Positions 10,560 to 20,346 of a stretch of 64,000 bases of DNA are shown here, piece after piece. The notes below the pieces were generated by a model. It searched no databases. It was not told the DNA's origin and saw nothing but the letters and a program-made list of their open reading frames with translations. Numbering within the stretch: position 1 is the stretch's first letter; every line of letters begins with the position of its first letter. Made by a program: the position numbers and the translations under genes. Origin of the DNA: Leucoraja ocellata (lineage: Eukaryota); assembly GCA_036785375.1 (NCBI GenBank), contig JAWMAR010000502.1, positions 1,116,001 to 1,180,000 of the forward strand, in the 5' to 3' direction.

Positions 10560-11915
10560 GAAAGAAATACAAAGTGCTGCAGGCACTCAGTGGGTCCAGC
10601 AGCATCTCTGGTGGGATTGTGCAGGTGGCCTTTCGGGTCAGGACCCTTCTTCAAACTTATTGTAGAGGGGAGAAAGATGGAAAAGAGGGTCAAGGGCAGA
10701 GCAAAGCCTGGCAAGTGATGGATGCAAATGGTTGAGAGGGGATGTGACCTGCAGATGAGTATAGTAGGTGATAGTAGATAAAGCTAAAGGTGGAAAGGAG
10801 ACAAAAGGGTGTCAGGAGTGGAAGAATTAAATATACAACCAGAGAAAGGGATATGGGTTTAGTTTAGTAGAGAGATGCAGCGCGGAAACAGGCCCTTCTG
10901 CCCACCGAGTCCACACCGGCCATCGATCCCCGCACATTAACACTCACACACTAGGGACAATTTTACATTTATATATTATACCAAGCTAATTATCCTACAA
11001 CCCTGTATGCCTTTGGAGTGTGGGAGGAAACCGAAGATCTTGGAGAAAATGGGAAGAATGTACAAACTCCATACATACAGCACTCATAGTCAGGATCGAA
11101 CCCGGGACCCGCGTCTCTGGTGCTGTAAAGCAGCAACTCCACCGCTGCGCCACCGTGCCGCCCAGGTGAAAAGAGGATGGGAGAGAATGGAAAGAGGGGA
11201 TTAAAAGGGAAATGGGGGTCTCGGGGATGGGAGATAAGAAAGTGAGGGTGGGAGCAAGGTGATTAGAGGTGGTGGTGGGAGGAGCACAGGAAAGGGGGGG
11301 GGGGGGGTGGTAGAAGTTGAAATTAGAGAATTCAATGGCATACCGTTGGGATGCAAGCTACCCAAGTGGAATATGAGGTGCTGTTCCTTCAGTTTGCACA
11401 TGGCCTCAGTAACCATTTTGCCAAATACGTCTCATCCGCCAAGGTCTGCTAGATCTCCCGGTTGCTCACATTTTAATTCCTATTCCCATTCCTATACTGG
11501 TCTTTCTGTCCTTTGCCTATTCCATTGTCAGAGCAAGGCAACATGCAAACTGGAGGAACAGCACCTCATATTTGTATGGAACGCAAGGGTATGAACACTG
11601 AATTCTCCAATTTCAAATAATAAACCCCTTCTCTTTCCCATGCCCCCCCCCCCCCCCCCCCCCGCACATTACTCCCACACATCCAATTATCCTGCTGCTT
11701 TCCCCTCCTTTGTACACTCATTGCCAATTCCCGTCTTTCATTCCCCCTCACTCCCATTCTCTTCCACCTCTATCCCTCACTTCACCTTTATATGTCACTC
11801 GACCCAACTGCCATTCAAACTCTCCCATCACCCGTATCCATCTGCTGGGCCTGCTGAGTTCCTCAGCACTTTGTGTTAAGCTCAAGATTTCAGTGTCAGC
11901 TTCTTGTGACTCCAG
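10560..11915. mobile_element. Inverted pair of decayed PLE 3' ends (minus 10560-11410, plus 11430-11915) with a nested SINE
   Basis: KLKEQHLIFHLGSLHPNGM on minus and CKLEEQHLIF on plus; degenerate hammerhead at 10623-10657 (-). Confidence 0.75.
10857..11163 (-). mobile_element. HE1-like tRNA-derived SINE
   Basis: A and B boxes, central domain, CR1-like 3' end with (CTAAA)n. Confidence 0.85.
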
Positions 11916-12117
11916 TACAAGTTGCACTGTTCTAATGATATAGATGATTGCCTTTGCATACCCAGACATACATGCATAAAATCTAACAATTCGTTTACTT
12001 AATTCTTTTTTTGTTTGTCACTCTCCACATTTGTAAAATTGTATTTGTAATGAATCGGCATGATGCAGAATAGAGTTTACAAAAATAAATACAGATAGAA
12101 GAGGTTATTTGAACAAT

Positions 12118-12406
12118 GGGCGGCACAGTGGTGCAGAGATAGAGTTGCTGCCTTACAGCACCAGAGACCCAGGTTCGATCCTGACCACGGGTGCTGTCTG
12201 TATGGAGTTTGTACGTTCTCCCTATGGGTTTTCTCCGAGATCTTCGATTTCCTGCCACACTACAAAGACGTACAGATTTGTAGGTTAATTAGCTTGGTAT
12301 AAATGTAAATTGTCCCTATTGTGTGTAGATAGTGTTGATGTGCAGGGATCACTGGTCGGTGCGAACTCGGTCACACAAAGGGACTGTTTCCGTGCTGTCT
12401 CTCTAA
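12118..12406 (+). mobile_element. HE1-like tRNA-derived SINE
   Basis: GGGCGGCACAGTGGTGCAG...AGGTTCGATCC...CTGTTTCCGTGCTGTCTCTCTAAA. Confidence 0.88.
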
Positions 12407-13076
12407 AAAAAAGTTAACCTCAACCAAAGTAAGTTATCACCATATCAATAATTAAAACCCTTTTGATTCTTTATCCTCAACTTGAGCTTAAATATAGTGG
12501 CTCAAGAAGCCATTTCAGACGATAGTAAAGAGTCAATGATATTAATCTGCCTCTGCAATCACATGATGGCTATTAATGACAGGAAACTTCCGTCTCTAAC
12601 ATGAACTCGATGGTTTCTATGTCAGAATGGTAAGGCTTATGGTCACCAGCTCAGATAATAATTTTTACATTACAGACATATTTCAGTAAAAGACTTTACT
12701 GACTTTGCAGCCATGGTGGCCTTTAAATTCACCTGTCTGGATCAATAGTCAAGGCCTCCACGTTACTCTCCTTCTTGGGGTTGAGGTTGACTTGTTTCCA
12801 CGCGTGTTCTACAGGTTCTGAGGTGGCTGATTAAATCAATGTGTGAGCGACAAGCTTGCACAGACAGAGCAGAAGAGATGATGGGTAGCAGGTTCAGCTA
12901 AGTGCACTCCTATGGTTTTTGCTGGGCTTCTGTTGCTCTAATATAATGTGTGGATCGTCCAACACAAGAACAGACAATCTGGACTTCGTGTTGGAGAAAA
13001 AAAACCTGTCCAGGTGACTGGTGTTATAATGGAAGTGCAATTTTGGGATAATGACCACAACTTCATTGGTTTTAAG

Positions 13077-13160
13077 GGTTTCGGCCCGAATCGTTGCCTA
13101 TTTCCTTCGCTCCATAGATGCTGCTGCACCCGCTGAGTTTCTCCAGCTTTTTTGTGTAAC
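13077..13160 (+). mobile_element. 84-bp PLE terminal fragment starting inside the hammerhead, 16-bp TSD
   Basis: TSD CTTCATTGGTTTTAAG at 13061-13076 and 13161-13176. Insert reads GGTTTCGGCCCGAATCGTTGCC...TTTGTGTAAC. Confidence 0.88.
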
Positions 13161-13924
13161 CTTCATTGGTTTTAAGCTTGACGTAGAAGATGGCTGGACC
13201 TTGCTGTCCAGTCATAGAGTCAAAGAGCGTGGAATCAGGCCTTCGGCCCACATGCCCACACCAGCTAACATGTTCCATCTACATTTGTCCCACTTGCCTG
13301 TGTTTATCCCTCTAAACCTATCCTATCCATGTACCTGTCTAATTGCTTCTTAAATGATACTCTCAAAACATATTCTGGCATATCACAGTTCCTTGTGGTA
13401 TTATGTGTCATTTCTATCAAATTGATACCATCCTCAGTTTCTTTATTTAGCCAGGCATAGATCATCCTTCTTGTCGTGTCTTTCTTTCTCAATGAAATCT
13501 ATCATTGCTGAAAATTCTGAAGTGCCTCCTTAAATATCTGCCGCTTTGATATTTCTTTAAATGTCTTCTAAAATTGGCACAAACGTTTTACATGCACTTT
13601 GTCTTCTTGATACACTTCACCAAGTCAGTGAAGACAAATCAGTTGAGAATTTTTAACAGAAGGTGTGATTAAAATGTAAATTATTTCTAATTTTAGACTT
13701 TTAAATGTGATTTATGTGTCTATACCTGAAAGAATGCCTAATGTTTTTTAGTGGATGTTACAGAGCATTTATTGTAAGTACGGTTCTCTTCTAATTCCTG
13801 AAAGAGACACAATATTTCAAGCATTGCCATGGGAAGAAATTACCAGAGGAAAAACTCAAAGTATGTTTCAAAGTTTCTTTCATAAAATGAAACTTGGCCA
13901 CTGAATCTTGAAAAATCACAAAGG

Positions 13925-14130
13925 CCACAATGTGCTGGTGTAACTCACCAGGTCAGGCAGCATCTCTGGAGAACATACATAGATGACATTTGGGTCGCGA
14001 CCCTTCTTCACATTGAGTGTGAAACGTCACCCATCCATGTTCTCCAGAGGTGCCACCTGACTGCTGAGTTAGCCCAGCACTTTGTGTAATTTTGTATATT
14101 AACCAGCATTTGCACTTCCTTGTTTCTATG
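13925..14130. mobile_element. Head-to-head inverted PLE terminal repeats joined at the hammerhead motif
   Basis: The minus arm ends GGGTCGCGACCCTTCTTCAC and the plus arm starts GAAACGTCACCC; the arms are reverse complements. Confidence 0.75.
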
Positions 14131-14242
14131 ACTCTTGAAAAATACCTGGTCCAGACAACCCAATGTGGAGACGTATCATGCAGGAAATATCATATCATTA
14201 TGGTTCTGCAGGGAAAATATGTGAGTGGAACTTATCCAAAGG

Positions 14243-14690
14243 TTGAATTGAATTAAACACTTTATTGTCACAAGTGACAAGTCACAGTAACATGCAAGAT
14301 ATGCAAGTTGTCACCACGTATAGGGCACTGACAAGGTTACAGAGTATCCCGCACCAGGTCTTCCTTTGTTCTCAACCCAACCCCCCACATCGGGTTCTCC
14401 TTTGTTCTCTCCCCCCCATCCCCACCCTCACAGCAGTTCCCCCTCGCTCCAGGTCCTCCTTTGATTCCTCCCCCCCATCACGATGGTCCACTCTCGCCAG
14501 GACCACCTTTGTTCACAGTGGCGCAACCTCCGGGCTCCATTGTCTCAGGCTGCTTCATGCAGGCTCCAGCCACGGGCTCCGTTCCATGCAGGTCCCAGCT
14601 CAAGGACTCCGCCGCGTCCGTTCCTGTCCGATCTCCTCCGTGCCCGTCCAGCCTTCCGACAGAGCCGAACGAGCTCCGGAACATACCTAT
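14243..14690 (-). mobile_element. Non-autonomous retroposon with GAACAAAGG repeats and a Rex-like tail
   Basis: Minus strand ends TGACAATAAA + (TTCAA)n and has three GAACAAAGG units; similar to 35990-36285. Confidence 0.55.
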
Positions 14691-14704
14691 GCACAACCTA
14701 TTAA

Positions 14705-14955
14705 TTGTTAGATGCAGGTGCCAATCTTTCGATGAGACTTTAAACCAAGGCCCTGTCGATTCCCTCAACTTGGCACAAAAGATCCCATAGTACAATAGCA
14801 AAAAAAAGGAAATTCTCCCTGACATCCGAGCCAATATTTTCCCCTCATTCAAAATCATTAAAATAGATTATCTGCTCATGATCACATTGTATTTTATGCA
14901 AAAGTTGAATATTTCATTTCCTATATTACTTCAGTGATTACTCTTCAAATAAAGA
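14705..14955 (+). mobile_element. SacSINE1/DeuSINE-like remnant
   Basis: TCTTTCGATGAGACTTTAAACCAAGGCCCTGTC...AAAAGATCCCATAGTAC...GCCAATATTT resembles the Deu domain as I recall it. Confidence 0.65.
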
Positions 14956-16075
14956 AAAAAATTGCATTTCAGCACTATCTTTCATGTTCTCATCACAGCT
15001 GCCCAAACTACTAATAACCATACCATGAATATATCAGTGAACATTACAGAAGCAACAATTAATTGAACTTTTTAAAAACTGCTATATTACATTTAGATCT
15101 GGAAATAGTTCAAACATGTACTATTAATGTATCTTGTTTACACTGTTACATCCCGCAATGTCATAATTGGGGAAATGTTCAGTTTAATTAAAGCTTTACA
15201 GGAGGGAATTGAAACTTCCTCTAGCTCATTAAACTTCCTTGGACTATGGTTTCTCTTTGTAAGGAGCAGAGGAAATAGATAATCCCTCATTCTCCTCCAA
15301 TTCTAATTACTAGAATGTAATCACTGCACCATTGGCAGCCATTCATTAGCTACCAAGAATCTAAAATTAACTCTTTAAACCTCACTTCATTTCTCCCTTT
15401 CTTTTCCATGGAAAGACACACATTAAAACTTATCTTTTAGTACTGGCGTTTGGTTACTTGCACCAATATCTACTGGAGTCAACTTTTGTCTGATAATATT
15501 CCTGTGATGCATCTTAAAATTTCTTCCTAATGGGCCTGCCCCACTTAGGTGATTTTTCAGGTGACTGCCGGTGACCATCAAGTTGCCAGCAGTCGCCTGA
15601 AAAACCGGCAACTGGAATGGCGACTGTCAAAGTGGAAAGAAAACAAACAAACAAACAAACACACACGCGCACGCACACACCCCGCTTCCTTCACCAGCCC
15701 ATTATACAGGTGGGGGACAGGGCAAGAGGGGGGACAGGGCAAGTGCTGTCTGAGTGAAATTCACATGGTGCAAAGCCAATGTGATACAGACACACACTGC
15801 GATGAACAGGAAGGTTGGCGCTGTAATTAAGAAGCTAAAAAGGTAAGTCCTTTAAAAGAGGGGGGGGGAGGTGGGGGAGAAGGGGGAGAAATGGGGGAGA
15901 AGGAGTGGAGACAACTTTTAAGAAGCCAGAGATACAAGGCTGTGAAACTTGCGGACATTTACATTACCAGTCAGTTATCCTTGGTTCTGAAAACTACTGC
16001 TTACGTTGTTTTTTCCTCATGAGCCAATGAAATTCACCAGTCAGCACTAGCTACAGCCTACGAGAACCATCAACC

Positions 16076-17111
16076 TCCTTTTTCCGGAAGTGGCGGCGCT
16101 GCCCTGGCAGCAGCGGCTCGCCTGCAGTCCGTTGGTTTTTACTTTTTTGTATTGTTTTTTTTCGTTTTTGTCTAGTTATGTTTTTGGTTTTTAGGCTGTG
16201 TTTATGTGGGGAGGGGGGTGGGGGGTGAAACGGGGGCTGCTGTCACTCCCTTCGGGGGAATACGACCTTTTTGTCGTATCCCCCTTCTTTGCCTCCATCT
16301 ACACTGAGGCCTAGCGGAGCCGGCGACCTCGGGACTCTGGAGGCAGCTTACAGGACTCATCCTGGGCTCGCTCCTGGCCCAGCCCGGGATGGAACGGTGC
16401 TCCCGTGAGAGCGGCATGGTGAGGGGCTGGAGTGGCCCAGCCCGAGGGAGGAACGGCACTCCCGTCGGAGTGGCCCAGCCCGAGGGAGGAACGGCACTCC
16501 CGCTGGAGTGGCCCAGCCTGAGGGAGGAACGGCACTCCCGTCGGAGTGGCCCAGCCCGAGGGAGGAATGGCACTCCCGTCGGAGTGGCCCAGCCTGAGGG
16601 AGGAATGGCACTCCCGCTGGAGTGGCCCAGCCCGAGGGAGGAACGGCACTCCTGCTGGAGTGGCCCAGCCGAGGGAGGAACGGTACTCACGTGAGGGCGA
16701 TCCGGTCCGGAGGCTGGGACGACGTTCTGGCGGCGGTGTCCAGAGTCCTGGGTTCAGCCGCGGGCCGGCGGCTGCGTGTGCTGGACTGGAGGTGCGGCGG
16801 CTTCGACCACCCCGGGCCGCAGTGTTTCAACCGGCCCGTTCGCGGGGTTCGGTGAGCTGCGGGACTGTTTGTACCATCGCCCGGTGGGGAATCGCCTCAG
16901 CGCAGAGGGAGCAGAGGGAGAGACTGCAACCCTAAGATTTTTGCCTCCACCACAGTGAGGAGGTGTTTGGAGGACTCACTGTGGTGGAAGTTAATTTGTG
17001 TTTATTGTTGTTATTATTGTATCATTGTATGTATGACTGCAGGCACGAAATTCCGTTCAGACCGTAAGGTCTGAATGACAATAAAGGAAATTCAATTCAA
17101 TTCAATTCAAT
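16076..17111 (+). mobile_element. GC-rich non-tRNA retroposon, copy B (apparently full length)
   Basis: Starts TTCCGGAAGTGGCGGCGC. Hairpins at 16254-16284 and 16946-16988; 3' stem TTCAGACC-GTAA-GGTCTGAA, then TGACAATAAA and (ATTCA)n. TSD TCAACC. Confidence 0.82.
16429..16690 (+). repeat. 38-bp minisatellite, about 7 copies
   Basis: Unit GGAGTGGCCCAGCCCGAGGGAGGAACGGCACTCCCGTC starts at 16429, 16467, 16505, 16543, 16581, 16619 and 16657. Confidence 0.92.
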
Positions 17112-17721
17112 TCAACCCACTAGGACCTCCTGGCGACCCACCTACAGCACGAGAATTCTCGCAACTCTCCATGGCGGCTTCATTATAGTCGCCGCTAATT
17201 TTTCAACATGTTGAAAACTTTGCGGCGACCATAATGAGGCTGCAACTAGTTCCCAGAAATCGGGAACTTCTCACGACCATGAAGGCAACTCCCCGGCAAC
17301 CACCCGCGAACATGTGGCAACCATGTGGCGACTGCATAGTCTCCTGCAGTCGCCTAAAAAGTTGCCTAAGTGGGACAGGCCCATAAGTTTAATGCCCTAC
17401 TAAATATAAAATTCTTATTGCTGTGAATTGGTTAGGCACTGGAAACATTCTTGATTGCCACACTTTTACTACTGTTCTTTCAACTGGATTAGGAATGGAG
17501 ACTACATACTTTAAGTTTCTGCTGATTAGAGATACATCGAAATACCATTTTTGTGGTGCCTACTTTAATGTTATCATTTTCCTGAAGATGTTTTCACTAT
17601 GAAAATTAAACTATGCTTCCTACTCTACCACATTACGTACATTTTGTTTTGTCTTTTCATTTTTGACTTTGCCTTCCTTTGAGTCTCAGACCTTGCAGAA
17701 GTATCACTCAATGGCCATTTA

Positions 17722-18050
17722 CCATTATAACCATATAACCATATAACAATTACAGCACGGAAACAGGCCATCTCGGCCCTACAAGTCCATGCCGAACAAA
17801 CTTTTTTTCCCCTTAGTCCCACCTGCCTGCACTCGTACCATAGCCCTCCATTCCCTTCTCATCCATATGCCTATCCAATTTATTTTTAAATGATACCAAT
17901 GAACCTGCCTCCACCACTTCCACTGGGAGCTCATTCCACACCGCCACCACTCTCTGCGTAAAGAAGTTCCCCCTCATATTACCCCTAAACTTCTGTCCCT
18001 TAATTCTGAAGTCATGTCCTCTTGTTTGAATCTTCCCTATTCTCAAAGGA
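17722..18050 (-). mobile_element. CR1 LINE 3' end
   Basis: TRGHDFRIKGQKFRGNMRGNFFTQRVVAVWNELP; (TATATGGT)n tail. Confidence 0.9.
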
Positions 18051-18619
18051 TCATTCTTCAATGATCGATGTCCAAAAGATCATTGCTAATACTTGAGCCT
18101 TTGGACCACTACACACAATGTTCGATTCCAAATGTAAGGTCTCATATGACTATCATGGGGGCCACTGAATTATGAGCAGGATGAAGAAAAATGCCTTCCC
18201 CGTCTCATATCTAGCTCAGTGTAGAATGGTAATTCATCCTTGAATCTTCCTGGCCCATGTGGCTTAAATTCATCTTACAACGTTGTTGGCTTAATAGTTC
18301 TTGATTGACAAATTGAAGCAAATCAATGCCCAGCGTGGCTTCTTAGCATTTCTCTCTTTGCCTTTCTTTCTCTCTTGCTCTCGTTCTCTTTCACACCCTT
18401 TTTGATTTGCCTATTAATAAGTTTGTTAACCTCTGAAAATTTCTATTTTAATTTATAGATCTAATAATATTCACAGTAAGAGAAAAAATATAATTGGATT
18501 AACAATGACGGGAGAGCTGTCTTACGAGGAAATAATTCGTAGTACAGGGCATTATCTTTGGAGCTACAAAGAATGAGAGTTAATCTCATTAAAAGATGCA
18601 TAATTTTGAGCAAGAGTCA

Positions 18620-20345
18620 CAAGAGTCACAAGAGACAACAGATGATGTAAATTTGAGCAAAAAAACAAACCGCTTGAGACAAAAGGTTAGTTTATATTTT
18701 GGGTCGAGGCCCTACATCAGGAGTTTAGAGGGGAGATAGTGACCAGAGAGAGTAGAGAGGGAGGAGTGGCAGGCAATGTGGAACCAGATGAAGAGGGAGA
18801 AGGCAGGTTGATGGAGCCAGTTGGAGAATGTAGACACAGGGACTGTAAAGTGATACGTGGAAATACAAGACGCTTTAGACAAGGAATCTGGTAAGTAAGG
18901 AAGGTGATACGTGGAACAAACGAGGGAGGATTGATGGACAGTGACCATTTGAGGGCGAGGATGGGAGATGCAGTAGACATAGTATGTGAGTGTATGACAT
19001 TGCCTTGGCCTCAGTCCACATACCTGCCTTCCAACAGCCCCAACCCCCATCCTTGCTGTCTGTTCACCATCCCCCCTGACCTCCCCCTTTCGGATACCGA
19101 ATGGCCTGTCCTCAGCAGAGGCCTCACATTTGTTCCCCTCCAACCCCACCTCAATGAGTTCTGCGTTTGCCACGATGTGGAGCTCTTCTTCCGTCGCCTC
19201 TGCCTCAAAGCGTTCTTCCATGGGAAGGAGTCCTCGCCCCCCAGTGATGACCCCTTCTCCTGTCTCCAATGGACCCCCTCCTCTTGGACTCCCCCTCATG
19301 GCCATCTACCGGCTTTAGACCTTATTATTTTAAACTGCCGGAGGGACATCAACCGCCTCAACTTCTCCACTCCCCTGTCTCACTCTAACCTCTCACCCCC
19401 TCAACGTACAGCCCTCCACTCACTCTGCAACAACCCAGACTGGGTGATCAAACCCGCCGACAAGGGAGGTGCCATGGTAGTCTGGCGCGCTGATCTCAAC
19501 AAGGCTGAGGCCACGTGCCAACTCTCAGACACCTCCTCCTACTTATCCTTGGAACACAACCCCACAGACGAGCACCAGGCCTCTATCTCCTGCACTACCA
19601 CTGACTTCATCACTTCCGGCTTGCTGCTTTCCCAAGCCTCCAACCTCATCGTTCCTCAGCCCCGCACGGCACGATTTTACCTTCTCTCCAAAATCCATAA
19701 TCCTGACTGTCCTGGCAGACCCATTGTCCCTGCCTATTCATGCCCTACCGAAATTATTTCCACATACATCGACTACATCCTTTCCCCCCTGGTTAAATCC
19801 TTCCCTACCTATGTTCACACGCTCTTCGTCTACTCCAGGACTTCAGTTTTCTAGGCCCTCATTCCCTCATCTTCACCATGGATGTCCAGTCAATCTACAC
19901 CTCTATCCCCTACCAGGAGGGTCTTAACTCCCTCCATTTCGTCCTCGACCGCAGAACCAACCAATCCCCGTCTACTGATACTCTCCTCCGCCTGGCGGAA
20001 CTGGTCCTTACCCTTAACAACTTTTTGTTTGACTCCTTCCATTTCCTCCAAATACAAGGCATAGCTTTGGACACGAGCATGGGCCCTAGCTATGCCTGCC
20101 TCCTTGTAGGGTACGTTGAACAATCTTTGGTCGAGGCGCACCAGAGCCCTATCCTCAAACTCTACCTCCGCTACATCGACGACTGCGTTGATGCTACCTC
20201 CTGCACCCACACACGAGTCACTGACCATCCATTTCACACTAACTTCCATCCAGCATTCAAATACACCTGGACCATTTCCGACATTTCCCTACCATTTCTC
20301 GACCTCATTATCTCCATCGCAGGTGGTGGACTACTGACCGACATC
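18620..20345 (+). mobile_element. Penelope-like element RT region (pseudogenised) preceded by an inverted terminal repeat
   Basis: ORFs 18904-19854 and 19878-20345 contain IKPADKGG, KIHNPDCPGRPIV, MDVQSIYTSIP, MGPSYA and YLRYIDD. Degenerate hammerhead on minus at about 18690-18722. Confidence 0.88.
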
Positions 20346-20346
20346 A

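Larger units (their letters stand above)
15531..17383. mobile_element. Non-autonomous PIF/Harbinger-type DNA element with a nested retroposon
   Basis: TIRs TGGGCCTGCCCCACTTAGG / CCTAAGTGGGACAGGCCCA; 3-bp TAA TSD at 15528-15530 and 17384-17386. Confidence 0.8.

Noticed and set aside
12118-12190. tRNA genes
   Set aside because: The A/B boxes belong to SINE heads; no complete cloverleaf.
13750-13866. Possible small exons (AG...GTAAGT and AG...GTATGT)
   Set aside because: Translations are not recognisable and no consistent exon chain could be built.
16429-16690. CRISPR-like array of hairpin repeats
   Set aside because: Units are contiguous with no unique spacers, and the context is eukaryotic.
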